Part shown: positions 39,156 through 52,064 of the stretch, piece after piece | Position numbering within the stretch: the stretch's first letter is position 1 | Layout: each line of letters opens with the position of its first letter | Source: Carcharhinus longimanus | Taxonomy: Eukaryota | Length of the DNA stretch: 64,000 nucleotides | Direction of reading: 5' to 3' | NCBI GenBank assembly: GCA_030264375.1 | Contig: JASCQW010000032.1 | Coordinates: 35,514,090-35,578,089, forward strand | Translations under genes and position numbers: made by a program | The notes under the pieces: generated by a model | Databases searched by the model: none | Told to the model about the DNA's origin: nothing | What the model saw: the letters and a program-made list of their open reading frames with translations, nothing else

Positions 39156-40375
39156 CATCCATTTAACAGCTGAAAATATTGGGTGACACTAACAAATACC
39201 AAAACGTAAGGAGAGGCCTAAATAGTTTACTGCAAGCTAGCTTGAGAATGTTTTATGTAAGAGTGAATAAAAGCTTCAATCTGAAGAAGTCAAGATCTGA
39301 CAAGTTGTTGAAAATAGACTACCATTTGAACTCAAGCACTTAGTTGCATGAAAACTCTCATTTGTTTAATAATTTCTAGGAATTTGTTTTAGTGCTTGCC
39401 ATTTGTCTTCTTCAGTTCTCCGCCTGAAGCAGGTCACTGGTGACTGTTTGCCAACCACTCATCTCAGGGCAAGGAGACAGGTCCCACGTATTCCTCAGCC
39501 AGCAAAGCGATCAGTTCCCATGATGTTGGCCTTCATCTGATGCAGATGCCAGCCATTTAGCCAACCGAGCTAACCGGCGCCCATTTGGCACCTGTGCACG
39601 CACGTGAATGAATGTAAGGATAATAGGGGCAGGTGATACACAGTGGACGTGATCTTACCAGCTGTTCATGCCATGCACCTGCTGCTGCGAGGTTGGAGAA
39701 TTTGGCAGTCAGCCAAATCTCTGTTCACTGCAGCGGAATATCCCGCTGGCATAATTGGCCGTAACATTCTAATCATTGTTTCGTGCTTTTTGTTCAAAAG
39801 TCTTGTATTTTGTCAAATTGTGTAAGAAATAGGTTTTAAAGAGAACTGATTCCTCTTCAATATTTTTCAAATATAGCTTTCTCAGGGCGTTAGCATATTT
39901 CAATGCATCCTATCATTCAATGCTTTTTGAAAATCTAGTCTTTAACCTGATGATAAGGTGCTTTCAATCTTTTGGAAAAGCAGGGAAAACCAATTGACCT
40001 TCAGTGGTTCTAAGTGTTAATTATGGGGGACCTGTGCCATAATATCACATTCTGAGTGGTTTGCACTCTCAGTATAAAAGTTCACAAATATGAACCATTC
40101 TATCAGAATGCTGCTGCACCTTCTTTTATTCATTTGGATAAATTTGTTTAGTAACTTTACAAACAAGGGAGAGAGGCAAACTGAAGTATTTTATTTTCTC
40201 ACCCTCTATCTGGAAGCAGAGGTGTTTTAATTTTTGAAATAAGTTGTGCCTTGTTTCCCTAAACACTTTGTGAAGTTGACTTTTATGTGTTTCACAGCAA
40301 AGTCTCCTTTGGGTTAGATCAAAGGCGTGGTATATTCATACGTTCAAATGCAGGGGATAATCACCGCAAGTAAGT

Positions 40376-40448
40376 ACACACAGACACACACACAGACACA
40401 CACACACACACATACTCTTGCGCATGGGCACATGTGCACAGACACACA
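40376..40448 (+). repeat. (CA)n microsatellite, imperfect
   Basis: acacacagacacacacacagacacacacacacacac. Confidence 0.9.
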
Positions 40449-40665
40449 GGACATAGATAGCTAGGAATAACGTAAAATAAGGAAAAATCAAAGATAGGAA
40501 TATTAATTCATGTGAATCCCACAGTCCAGAATGTCACAGCCCCATGAGGGTAATTTGTGTTGGAGTTAAAACTAAAGCAGGTTTTGCTGGCTGAGAGCAG
40601 GAATTGCTGAATTCCTCTGAAGCTGGTGATGATGATGAAAGATGAGACTGGTATACTGAGACATA

Positions 40666-41591
40666 GGGCAGAATTCGCCCAAAAAAATTCGAAGTGTTGA
40701 ATTTGTGGGAAAACTGGAGTTTTCTCAGTGGGAGTTCACACTAGAATCTCCCACACTGGCCACCGATGTGAATATCATTAGATTTCAGGTGCGGGGCCTA
40801 TTCCCACCTGGGAGGCTGAAATCAGCAGTCCTCTGCATGTGCGCAGTGGCCCCGCACTATCAGCCTCCTGTTTATTGGTCAGCTCGATTGATGGCCAGCC
40901 TGGGATCCCTGCAGTACTGCCTTCCCAACCCCCCTACGCTCGATCGCAGCTCCCCCCCTCCGTCCGACCATTACCAGCATCCCCCTCTGTCCCGAGAGCC
41001 CTGATCTCCAACCCCTCCTGTGCCCCAGTGCTGACCACCCCTGGCTGGACACCCCNNNNNNNNNNNNNNNNNNNNNNNNNNNNNNNNNNNNNNNNNNNNN
41101 NNNNNNNNNNNNNNNNNNNNNNNNNNNNNNNNNNNNNNNNNNNNNNNNNNNNNNNNNNNNNNNNNNNNNNNNNNNNNNNNNNNNNNNNNNNNNNNNNNNN
41201 NNNNNNNNNNNNNNNNNNNNNNNNNNNNNNNNNNNNNNNNNNNNNNNNNNNNNNNNNNNNNNNNNNNNNNNNNNNNNNNNNNNNNNNNNNNNNNNGGGGA
41301 CTTACTGTAAACCCTGCGAGAGTGAAATACTTTGGCAGGATGGGAGAGGCTAGCGGGCCTAGAGACTTCAGTTCCAGGCTAGCTAATTACATTAAAAACA
41401 TTTAAATTATATTGAAATTACTTGCCTGGTCTTCCTGCTGGTTCTCAGCACAAATCTGAAGGCACCAGAAATCCACTGCTGGAAGATGCACTCATGGTGG
41501 GAACGTTTGCACGAATCCCCCACATGCCCAGCCATGATATTCTCCCACCTCACTGCGCTCAAATTTGCGCAGCAAGGTGGGAGAATCATCC
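40666..41591. mobile_element. Harbinger-type MITE (spans a gap)
   Basis: Termini gggcagaattc / gagaatcatccc. Confidence 0.6.
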
Positions 41592-42427
41592 CTACAGTCT
41601 GCTGTAGTTATAAGTTGTAAGTTTTTGTTCATTTACAGAAGACATTGCCAAGGTAATCTGCAGTGAATTGTTCATCCCTTTTCTTAGTTCCAGATATTTG
41701 TGACAGGAATCTTCCAGAGAACCAGGCTTTGAGACGGGCTTTGACTTGAGGCAGGCTTTGCCGCGCTGCTTTGGTGTTGACAGGCTGGGTGTCAACAGCT
41801 GACTGCTTTGAGAGCCCAGAAATGTAGCATCAAAGCTTTCCAAAGTCCAAAGCAGCTTAGATTACATGACTGGTAGGGTTAAACCTGGAGCACAGATAAA
41901 AATTGTGACAACTCCAACTCCTCGATGCAGGTTAGTTGCTTCCTCAGCTTCGCCCCTGCTCCAGGTCCCATCTGAAACTGATAGGGGACTGAGGGGATCT
42001 GTTTGAGATTTTTTATATGTTTTTATTCAACCTGACCCAAATTCATTCTTTTTTGAGGAATGAAATTACCCCGCTTGTTTCTTGGTCGAAGATTGAATAA
42101 ATAAGCAGATCCCAGATATCTGCTTTTAGCACTGTTTAAAATCTAAAAGGAATTTTAGCAATGATGAACAAAATCCATTGTTCATCTTAGCAGATAAATG
42201 CTGGCTATTAGCACCTTTTCAGGTGTAATGAGTTTCAATGGCTTTCCCTTTGCTTTAAGTCCAGGCTGCAGAGACAAGACGATCTGCTGCTCACTTGTTT
42301 CATTGATTGGAAGGATCTATACCTATAGGTGTGAGATTCCACAAGGATGAAGGTTGAACTTTGTCTTGAAAATACTGTTGGAAGTTTCCAGAACTGTAGA
42401 TAACATGAAAATCATGTGACCTGAAGC

Positions 42428-42775
42428 AGCATAGAACAATATATAACATAGGAATAGGCCCCTTGGCCCAAGATGAGGTGATGAACATGATGCCAAATTA
42501 AACTAATCCTTCTGCCTGCCTTCTGTCAAATCTCTTTATGCCTCTCATAATTTTATAGACTTCTATCAGGTCTCTCCTCAGCCTCTATTGCTCCAGAGAA
42601 AACAACCCTAGTTTGTGCAGCCTCTCCTTATAGCTCATACCCTCTAATCCAGGCAGCATCCTGGTAAACCTCTTCCACACTTTCTCCAAAGTGTCCACAT
42701 CAATTCTGTAATGTGAACAGAATTGAACGCAATACTCTTAAGTACGGCCTAACAAAAGTTTTGTAAAGCTGCCAT
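42428..42775 (-). mobile_element. HER1/CR1 LINE 3' fragment
   Basis: Reverse of …RMLPGLEGMSYKERLHKLGLFSLEQ…. Confidence 0.8.
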
Positions 42776-43034
42776 ATTTTTGATCCAGCAATATCCATTT
42801 TTAAGAAAACTATTTAAATCAAACTTTATTTCCTGCTTATGATCTCTTCCATGTCTAATGGAGCTGACATAAACAACTAACACATCTCTATCAACACCCT
42901 TTTTAATTGCAGTGCTCAAATGCTACACTTTGGCTATCTTGGCTGAGTTCAGCTCTCTGAACTTGTAGGGAGGAATTGTGACCCTGTTTTCTTGTCCTTT
43001 TTCCCAGTAGACTCCACAGTGTTTGCTCCCAATT

Positions 43035-43435
43035 AGTAATAACAGAGTTGTCGTGATGGGAGACTTTAATTTCCCAAACATCGACTGGAACATCCTAAGG
43101 GTAAGGGGTTTGGATGGGGAGGAGTTTGTTAGGTGTGTTCAGGAGGGGTTCCTGACACAGTACATGGATAAGCCTACAAGAGGAGAGGCTGTACTTGACC
43201 TGGTGCTGGCTAATGAACCAGGACAGGTGTCGGATCTCTCGGTAGGAGAGCATCTNNNNNNNNNNNNNNNNNNNNNNNNNNNNNNNNNNNNNNNNNNNNN
43301 NNNNNNNNNNNNNNNNNNNNNNNNNNNNNNNNNNNNNNNNNNNNNNNNNNNNNNNACGAGTACAGGCCCAATCTACTCAATCTCTCCTCATAAGCTAACC
43401 CCCTCATCTCCAGTATCAGCCTGGTGAACCTTCTA
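43035..43435. mobile_element. Young CR1 endonuclease fragment (+), gap, CR1 RT fragment (-)
   Basis: VVVMGDFNFPNIDW…FLTQYMDKPTRGEAVLDLVLANEPGQV; MRGLAYEERLSRLGLYS. Confidence 0.85.
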
Positions 43436-43684
43436 ACCTTGAAGGTCTGATCCTGGTGGATGGGAGCAGGTCAAGGGAAGCAATTCTGATACTCTCAAGC
43501 TGCAGGAGGTGCAATGCTGCCCCTGAGCCCACAAGAAGTGCTGGAATAGTACTTACCTTATCCACATAACAGCATGCAAGGCTATGGGCCAAGTGCTAGA
43601 AAATGGAATTAGAGTAGATAGCTGCTTGATGGTTGGCACAGACAGAATGGGCCAAAGGATCTATTTTCGTGCCCTTAGAAATAT

Positions 43685-44395
43685 TAGCATACAGAGGGAA
43701 CTAGCCATGCAGATCCATAGTTCCTTGAAGGTGGCAATTCTGGTGGACAAGGTGGTCAAGGAGGCGTATGTTATATTGGCCTTCATCAGTTGGGGCATTG
43801 AGTATTGGAATTGGAAAGTCATGTTGCAGATGTATAAGATTTTAGTTAGGCCGCATTTAGAGTATTGTGTATAATTCTGGTCGCTGCATTAGAAAAAGGT
43901 TGATGCAGAACAGCAGAGAATTATCAGGATGCTGCTTGGTTTGGAGGATATGGACTATGAAGAACGGTTGAACAAACTTGCATTGTTTTCATTGGAGCAT
44001 CAGAGGATGAGGGGAAATGTGACGTGGTTGGGGTTTATGAGATTATGACAGGCTTGGATAGAGTAGATAGTCAGTCTTTTTTCCAGAGTCAAAGGGTCAA
44101 TTACTCAGGGGCATAGGTTGAAAGTGAGAGGGGGAAAGCTTAAAAGAGATGCAAGGGGCAGGTTTTTCACACAGGATGGTGAATGCCTGGAACGTGCCGA
44201 TGGAAGAGGTGGTGGAAGCAGATTCTATTATCAACGTTCAGGAGACGTCTGGATAGATACATGAGTAGGCAGGGAATAGAGGGATATGGATGAAGTTAGA
44301 GGCAAGAAAATATTAGATTAAAGAGGCATATGTGTCAGCACAGACTTGGTGGGCCCCAGGGGCTGTTCCTGTGTTCTACTGTTCTTTGTTCTTTG
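43685..44395 (+). mobile_element. HER1/CR1 LINE 3' portion
   Basis: VDKVVKEAY…LAFISWGIEY…LVRPHLEYCV; tail gttctttgttcttt. Confidence 0.85.
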
Positions 44396-46203
44396 AGCTG
44401 TAAAACTGTAAGACACTGCAATCCTTATCACCTTTTTATCTATTGGATTTCCTGAGAACCAGGAAACATGGCTGGCTAGGGTTAAACCTAGAAAACAGAT
44501 ATAATTTGAGACAACCTCATCTCCTGGTTGCTCCCCCAGCCCACCCTCACCCCTGTTCCAGGTGCCACCTTTGTTAAAACTGAAAGGAGACTATTGGAGG
44601 CCGGTTTGAGATTTTAATCCAACCCAACTCAAATCCATTCTTTATTGAGTATTAAAATTCCCCCATTTGTTTCCTGGCGGAAGGGTGGGCAACTGAACAG
44701 ACCCCAGATCCCTGCTTTTAAACAGATCCCTGTTTAAAACCTAGAAGGATTTTTAGTCTTTTGCCTTCCTCTTACCAGCTCTCTATCCAGTTTACCATTC
44801 CAACTTGGCATCCCGATAAACTGCTGTTTTGTTTTTTATCTTGGCTTTGTTGCTGCACCCACCATTCCTTTTGCTTGACACAGTGGATTAAGATGGAAGC
44901 AGATTGAACCAGCTTGTTGCCCTATTTTTGCCAACACACATTTAGCCAGACTTTTAAATAACTAATTTATATTAATGTTTAATTTTAAGTTAATTTTTCA
45001 ATCTTAAACAATTGCTTTGGTCATTACTTCTTTTAAATGCATCAAATCATAATCTTGTAGGGAATAAAGAGCCACAGTAACAGTACTCAGCAGATAGTCA
45101 CTAAATTTGAAAGGCCACTGAGAGCCCAGCAGTAAATGGCGCGTTCAGTCTTTTCTGAATAGCATTTTGTTTCACATGTTCGCTTAAATGAAACACTCCA
45201 GTGGTAAAATAATTGACATTTGACAACAGCTTAACGAATAAGTCATCTGGATAATAAACTGTGCAGATGGTGCTCAGGTTCTCTGAGTGAATCCCAAACA
45301 CTCAGCCACTGCTCTGTGCTAGGAATGTGCAGAACAGGCAATATGAGAAAACAAGACAATCTGTTGTATTTGAAGAGGAAACAGAGGGCAAGATGATTCA
45401 AATCATTTCAGCATTTGTTTTTAGTTACAATATCAACATCTGCTCCTCTTCTAGGTTAGATATGTGGAATAAGGTATCTTATAAACCAAATGAGGTAGGG
45501 GAAAAAGTGTAGGAAGCTCCTGACAGCTGTTGTCAAATCACTGACATTTATCAATGTGTAGCATTGGCACAAAGCTTTAATTCCCAACTATGGTTAGCTC
45601 TGACCTCTTCCCTGTTTCTGTGGGGAACGACCAAATGGAGAGCAGATGCTTCCTTAGGATGGAGGGAATAATTAGAAAGAGAGAAATTGCCAAGCAGCAC
45701 TTCTGTACCTCCTGTTAGTCAGCTTGGAACAGCATTCCTGGAGGCCCTGGGCACAGTGTGTTGACCCACTTTCTGAGGAGCAGGCTGGGTAAAACCCAGT
45801 GAGACCAGAGGAAATAAAAGTTGGGATGGCTGTGCTGCAAACCAATGGTATTTAGATACGACTTGTGCAGTTCTCTCATGTTGAGGTTGCTATTTTATGT
45901 TCTTTACTACAAGCAGAAACTGCCAATTTGTTTTATATCTTGTTTAAATTGATTTTTAAAATCATATAAATGCAAGAGTGTGATATTTATTGCACCAGCA
46001 ATGTTAAGGTCAGAAATTTCTGACCACACCTGCCCCGCGACGGGAAACTCCTATCTGAAGTCAATGGACCTTTAAATGATCTGTCAAATTTTCTGTTCCA
46101 CCTGCAACAATTCTCATGGTGCGGGGGGTGGGGAGGGGGGGCAGAAGAGGTGAAGGGGTGGAGGGGAACCAGATTATTTACCACCTCTATGAGTTACTTT
46201 GTG

Positions 46204-47271
46204 GGGATGATCTTACCGAAAAGATTCTAAGCCCCGAATGAGTGTGAAAACGAGAGAAATTTGTGCCTTTTTTGGAGGGGCCTTAAAAATCAAATCTTTC
46301 CTGATTCTGTCAAAAAAATCATTACAAACTTGTTTCTTGTCAGTTTGGCGTTTAGGTAGGGCCGAAATTGCTCAAAAGTCGGTCAGTAGCAGCAGAGGGC
46401 ACAATTGCGCATGTGCAGATTTCTGTGCTCTGACAGAACAGAAATCTGCTGCTCTAACAGGACACTGTGGCCAAAACTCAGACACCCTCAGGTCTCCACG
46501 GATGATCACCACCCATAACCCCACCTGGGTCGGTTATCACCCCCTCCACCAACCAGAGTGTTCACGACCCCCACACCCAGAACAATCATGACTCCTCCCC
46601 CCCCCCCCCAACCGCCGATTGCTGTCGCAGAATAGCAGCAGTCCCCCTCCCCTCTACCAATCCCTGTTGCAGAGTGCGCAGTGGTTCCTCCCTCAGTTGG
46701 CTTTGCCCCCTCAGGTTCAACCTGTTGATACTGTCCAGTGCCTTGTAGGTGCTGGCAGTGCCAAGCTGCCCAGTGGGCAGTTCCACGGTGCCAGGCTGGC
46801 AGTGCCAATTTGGCACTGCTGAAGGGGCAACCTCCTCTCTGCCCTCCACCTCCCGGTGGGGGGGGGTCCCTCAGTGGCCTCTGGTCCTACCAGTGAGGCC
46901 ATCATGCATGGTTCCCGTAGATGGGGACGTTACACGATCCTTGCCAGAGTGAACCTTCCTTGGCACGGCCAAAGAGGTANNNNNNNNNNNNNNNNNNNNN
47001 NNNNNNNNNNNNNNNNNNNNNNNNNNNNNNNNNNNNNNNNNNNNNNNNNNNNNNNNNNNNNNNNNNNNNNNNNNNNNNNAGTGAACCTTCCTTGGCAAGG
47101 CCAAAGAGGTAAGTGAGCTCGGGATGATAATGATTTTTGGTGCGAAGCTGATCTCGTCAAATATCTGGTGCCAGTAAGATCAAAAGGCAAGAAGTCGGGT
47201 GTGATAATTTCTCGGCTCTCTCATGATCTTACCGACTCACCCCGCCCATTGGGAATGGTAAGATTGCAGCT
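46204..47271. mobile_element. Harbinger-type MITE
   Basis: Termini gggatgatcttacc / ggtaagattgcagc; related pieces at 35010-35720 and 37913-38135. Confidence 0.6.
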
Positions 47272-47824
47272 TGTGTGTCAACACAGTATTTGATATTGTT
47301 TGATACTATTGAACTGCACAGCACCAGTTATTTTAAATGTGGCAGCTTCAGATTTCTAAAATAAAATCAAGGTGCTCAAATGTTAGCCCAAAAACACACA
47401 TCAACCAGGAAAGTTTGACTTTGCTACTTTCAGGCAGTGCAAATCTAGCCCAAGATTTATGATCTTCTGATTATGTTTAAAACTGAATATTTTTGCTGTC
47501 TATTTTTATATTTGAATCTTTGTTTGACATGAAGCCTCACTGAACATTTCCTTCACTGCTTATCGGAATGTGAAATGAAATTGAAACAAGTCAGAATTCC
47601 CTATTTTGCAGCTTGGACTGACTTCAGCACAATCCATTTATTTTCTATCAGTCACCACTTTGACTACCCAATTTACTATATTTATTTTTATGATTTTGTT
47701 TGATTATTTTGTTTACATTTTCAATTTTCTTCAAAACCTGGCTTAGTATCATAGTCCTGTTGATTAAAAAAAAGATTTAGAAATAGCAATTGTGGAAGAG
47801 GGGGGAGAATTAATGCATATAGTA

Positions 47825-48425
47825 GAAACAAAGTACAAAGAACAGTACAGTACAGGAACAGACTCTTCAGTCCTCCAAGCCTGCGCTGATCATGATGCCT
47901 GCCGAAACTAAAACCGTATGCACTTAACAGAATCTGTATCCTTCCATTCCCATCCTGTTCATGTATTCGTCTAGATGCCCCTTAAATGCCACTATTCCAC
48001 CTGGTCCCACTACTTCCCCGGGCAGTGTGTTTCAGACATTCACCACCCTCTGTGTAAAAACTTGCCTCGCACATATCTAAACTTTTCCCCACGCACCTTA
48101 AACCTGTGTCCCCTAGTACTTGACTTTTCTACCCGAGGCAAGAGTATCTGACNNNNNNNNNNNNNNNNNNNNNNNNNNNNNNNNNNNNNNNNNNNNNNNN
48201 NNCCCCTCAATCTCTGTCGTTCCAGTGAGAACAAACCGAGTTTATCCAACCTCTTCTCTTAGCCATTATCCTCTAGACCAGGCAACACCCTGGTAAACCT
48301 TTCCGCTACACTCTCCAAAGCATCCACATCCTCTGGTAGTGTGGTGACCAGAATTGTACGCAATATTCCAAATGAAGCCTAAGGTTCTATATATAGCTGC
48401 AGCATGACCTGTCAATTTTTATACT
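47825..48425 (-). mobile_element. HER1/CR1 LINE 3' portion
   Basis: DKLGLFSLERQRLR…TRGHRFKVRGEKF. Confidence 0.85.
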
Positions 48426-48502
48426 CAAATTTTAATCTTCAAATGTTGTAATTACTAATACTTACAGCAATGCTGAGAGATGAGAACTATCAGCAAAAAT
48501 GT

Positions 48503-48880
48503 TAAAGTTTATTTATTAGTGTCACAAGTAAGGTTATATTAACACTTCAATGAAGTTACTGTGAAAATCCTCTAGTTGTCATATTCAGGCACCTGTTCGG
48601 GTACACTGAGGGAGAATTTAGCATGGCCAATGTACCTAACCAGCACATCTTTTGGACTGTAGGAAGAAACCCGAACATCCAGAGAAAACCCACGCAGACA
48701 TGGGGAGAACGCTTGATCTCTGCTGCTGATAGCAGCAGAGGGCACAATTGCGCATGTGCTGATTTCTGTGCTCTGACAGAACAGAAACTTGCTGCTCTAA
48801 CAGGTCACATGTGAGTCTCCCAAACCAGGAATCAAACCAGGGTCCACTGTGCTGAGGCAGCAGTGATAACCATTGTGCCT
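48503..48880 (-). mobile_element. HE1-related SINE with an alternative tail and an internal foreign insertion
   Basis: tRNA head and V-domain as in HE1; tail differs (aagtttatttattagtgtcacaag…); ~48712-48818 is not SINE sequence. Confidence 0.8.
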
Positions 48881-48934
48881 TTGTCTTCCCCCTATTGAGC
48901 AGGACTGAGAGGTAGGAAGTTAACATAAGCAAGG

Positions 48935-49082
48935 AAAACAATGCATTTATAACATACCTAATCACATTTCTTGATCCCAAATTTCAGTACACGTAATGAA
49001 TTAGTCCGGAGCGTGGCAAAATAATTGAATGTGGCAGCCATTTTACTCACAACAGAGCAGCACAAATAGCAATGTGATGAAA
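48935..49082 (-). mobile_element. Old DeuSINE-like (AmnSINE1/SacSINE1-related) remnant
   Basis: gcagccattttactcacaacag…cacaaatagcaatgtgat resembles the reversed Deu domain as recalled; L2-like tail tgcatttata. Confidence 0.45.
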
Positions 49083-50377
49083 AACCTATTGACTTTATAT
49101 TGGATTAGATTTTATTATACATTGCCACCTTTGTCACTTGCTTGTTTGTGTACATAGTATCATCTTTGGCTGTATCATAGCTGCATTTTTAGCACTTGTA
49201 ATAATGTAGTGTTAACAATCAGAAACTGGGTGATGAAGAACTAACAATAGAGCTTTAGTAGAATTGAAGTTGGTGTGCTCTAGCATGAAAGGAAATAAAG
49301 TCAGTTTATCTTTGTTAAGCATGGAAACAAGAAAATTCATAATGCAAGTGGGATTTCATAATCTGTTTAGATTTTAGTGTAATATATTTTACAAATTATG
49401 CATGCTTCCTGCTTACTTTTTAACTTTGCATTTCATTAATCTTCCTATTTTATTTGCAGAATCTTGGAACCTTACCTGTTAGCTGCTGAAGTAATTTGAA
49501 TGATGTGACATCTTTGACAAAAATAAGGATTTTAGCATTTTTGAGCTCACTTTATACTTACGTTTAAAATGTATTAAATGCAGCTTAGATGTGGGATTTG
49601 AAGAAGAATTTGCAGATGCTGCACTGCACTGATAGAGTTGCAGCTACTAAACCTCTTGGGTAAATTGACAGTTGCCTATTGGGCAGAGTTGCTAGGAGAA
49701 GGTGAATAATCATGACTTCACCATCAGCTGTTAACATGTATTTGTTAAATAACAACCTGTGGAGCTCCATCTTATCTGTATTTCTATTTTCAAAGGTGGT
49801 GTTGTTCGCCACTGATGTCCAATCTGCTTCTCTTTTCTGTTCCCTGAAGATGTTGTTATTTATTATTTTTGTTATTTGTGTGCAGTTCTGCAGAGCCATT
49901 TACCAAGTATCTGTCTCCCTGCTTAAAAGAACTACAGAGAGGCGATGGTAATGACCCAATTCTGTCTACTTCCTCCAGTCCTAATCTTCAAGAAGCTTCA
50001 ATAGGCATCAGAACTGTGGCCAATATCTAAACCTTTCAGATTTATTCTGAGAAGAGAGTTGTTGGGAAAATCTGAAAGATTAAAAGCTTTTTTGTTGCAA
50101 ACATCTTAAAGAAACCTGTATGGATTTGCAGCTTTAATGTCCAGCAATTGTGCTTGCTTTACCATTTTAAACTCCAGCACTGCCACATGTTCAAGGACAT
50201 CGTTAAAATAAGTTGACCCTGCAGTACAAGCATTCAGCTTGTTTATTAAAACAAAATGTTTTCGGTTGAAGGTGCTGTGAAATATACCTGTCTGTCAGAA
50301 ATTTCCTTGCACTGAGGGATGTTTAAAGTTGGTGAGCTTGGTTCTAACTGTAGCTATTTTATCCCAGAATTTTTACC

Positions 50378-50478
50378 ATGGAATCCTCACCCACAGAGAT
50401 GGAGGAAGTTAGCAGCAGCTGTCTCGAGTTTCTCAAACCAGACAATCCTGAGAAAATGTGGATTCGCTTGCAGGGAAT
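50378..50478 (+). CDS. PDE1: Ca2+/calmodulin-dependent cyclic nucleotide phosphodiesterase 1 (PDE1 family; PDE1C-like exon structure, paralogue unresolved), first coding exon
   Basis: MESSPTEMEEVSSSCLEFLKPDNPEKMWIRLQG(I) aligns without gaps to recalled PDE1C/PDE1A N-termini (EKIWLRLRGL / EKMWQRLKGI, first CaM-binding site); branch point ttctaac, acceptor cccag at 50367, Kozak accATGg, donor gtaagt at 50479; 101 coding nt, phase 2. Confidence 0.92.
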
Positions 50479-50596
50479 GTAAGTATTTTCTTTATAATTA
50501 ACTTGGTGCTTTCAGTATATTGCTATCCCTACATTCTTCAACTTCAGTCGAAAATCTTTCACGTGCTACAAGAGAAAACAACCTCAAGACATCCTA

Positions 50597-50764
50597 AAGA
50601 TATGCGTGCTAAGTGAATTAGGAAAGCTGAATTGCCCTGTAGTGTCAGGGGGACTAGCTAGGCCAAATGCTTGGGGTTATGGAGATAGCGCCTAGGTGAG
50701 ATTATGGTCGGTGCAGACTCGATGGGCCAAATGACCTCCTTCTGCACTGAAGGATTCTATGATG
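50597..50764 (+). mobile_element. HE1 SINE 3' half
   Basis: ggtcggtgcagactcgatgggccaaatg…gattctatga. Confidence 0.8.
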
Positions 50765-50989
50765 TATTTCTGAAATACTGTACTTTTATAATGCATCAAT
50801 TATCCAAAAAATTTTTATATTTATGTTTTATAACTAGTAAACGTATCAGGAGTGAAACGAGATCTGNNNNNNNNNNNNNNNNNNNNNNNNNNNNNNNNNN
50901 NNNNNNNNNNNNNNNNNNNNNNNNNNNNNNNNNNNNNNNNNNNNNNNNNNNNNNNNNNNNNNNNNNTTATTGAGAGATATTTCTTTTCT

Positions 50990-51715
50990 TCAAACTCAAA
51001 ACACTGCGGATGCTGGAAATACAAAATAAAAACAGAAAATGCTAGAAATACTCAACAAGTCAGGTAGCATCTGTGGAAAGAAAAAGAGTGTTAATATTTC
51101 AGGCTGATGACCTTTACTCAGAACTGGAAAAAGTTAAAGTTTTAAGCAAGCATAGAGGCAGAAAATAGTGGTGGGATGTGGGGGGAGAGGGGGAGAAAAT
51201 AACAAAAGGGATGTTCAGGTTGGAAGGCAGAAGAGATTAAATGCCAGAAAAAAATCACTGTGCAAGGTGGTAATGGGACAAGCAAAGCAAAAAAAAATGC
51301 ATCTGGAGGAGATGTAAATGGCAACAGCATTAACGTTACCACCTACGACTTGAGGTTGTTGAACTTAATGTTGAGCATAGAGTGCTGTAAAGTGCATAAT
51401 CAAAGATAATGTGCTTTCCCTTAAGCTTCCTTGAGACCTTCATTGGGACAGTCCTGGAGGCTGAGGACAGATGTCAAAATGGGTGTGGGGAGGACAAGTA
51501 CAATATCAGGCAACTGGAAGCAGATTGAATAGAAATGTTGTACTATGCATTGACCCAACCTGTGCTTAATCTCCTCGATGTAGAGGAATATGCATCATGT
51601 GGATACAGTAAATGAAAAAATAAAGAAGTAAATCTCTGTTTGAGCTGGAAGGATTGCTAGGGCCTTGGATGGTGAGAAGGGAGAAAGCAGAAGGGAAGTG
51701 TTACTTCTCCTGTGC
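50990..51715 (-). mobile_element. Decayed Penelope-like element 3' part
   Basis: Similar along its length to 3735-4460. Confidence 0.7.
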
Positions 51716-51724
51716 TTTACAGCT

Positions 51725-52051
51725 GGCACGGTGGTACAGTGGTTAGCACTGCTGATCTAGTGCCAGGGACCTGAGTTCGATTCCTGGCTTGGGTCACTGT
51801 CTATGTGGAGTTTGCACATTCTCCTTGTGTCCACATGGGTTGCCTCCAGATGCTCCAGTTTCCTCCCACAGACCAAAGGTGTGTGAGATGGGTTGATTTG
51901 GCTGTGCTAAATTGCCACTTAGTGTCAGGGGGATTAGCAGGGTAATTATGTAGGGCTACAGGGATAGGGGCTGGGAGGGATTGTGGTCGGTGCAGACTTG
52001 ATGGGCCGAATGGCCTCTTTCTGCACTGTAGGGATTCTATGATTCTATGAT
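51725..52051 (+). mobile_element. Full-length HE1 SINE
   Basis: A box tggtacagtgg, B box gttcgattcc, V-domain, tail gattctatgattctatga. Confidence 0.9.
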
Positions 52052-52064
52052 TTTGTTAAGTAAT

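Noticed and set aside
41790-44760. Local duplication (41790-42150 versus 44400-44760)
   Set aside because: Diverged copies, most simply two members of a dispersed repeat family
46948-47111. 32-bp direct repeat flanking a 100-N gap
   Set aside because: Near-identical sequence on both sides of a placeholder gap most likely reflects unmerged contig overlap, not biology
49585-49951. Overlapping 104-aa (-) and 79-aa (+) ORFs
   Set aside because: No homology recognised and no exon structure
51725-51800. tRNA gene
   Set aside because: The A/B boxes belong to the tRNA-derived head of an HE1 SINE
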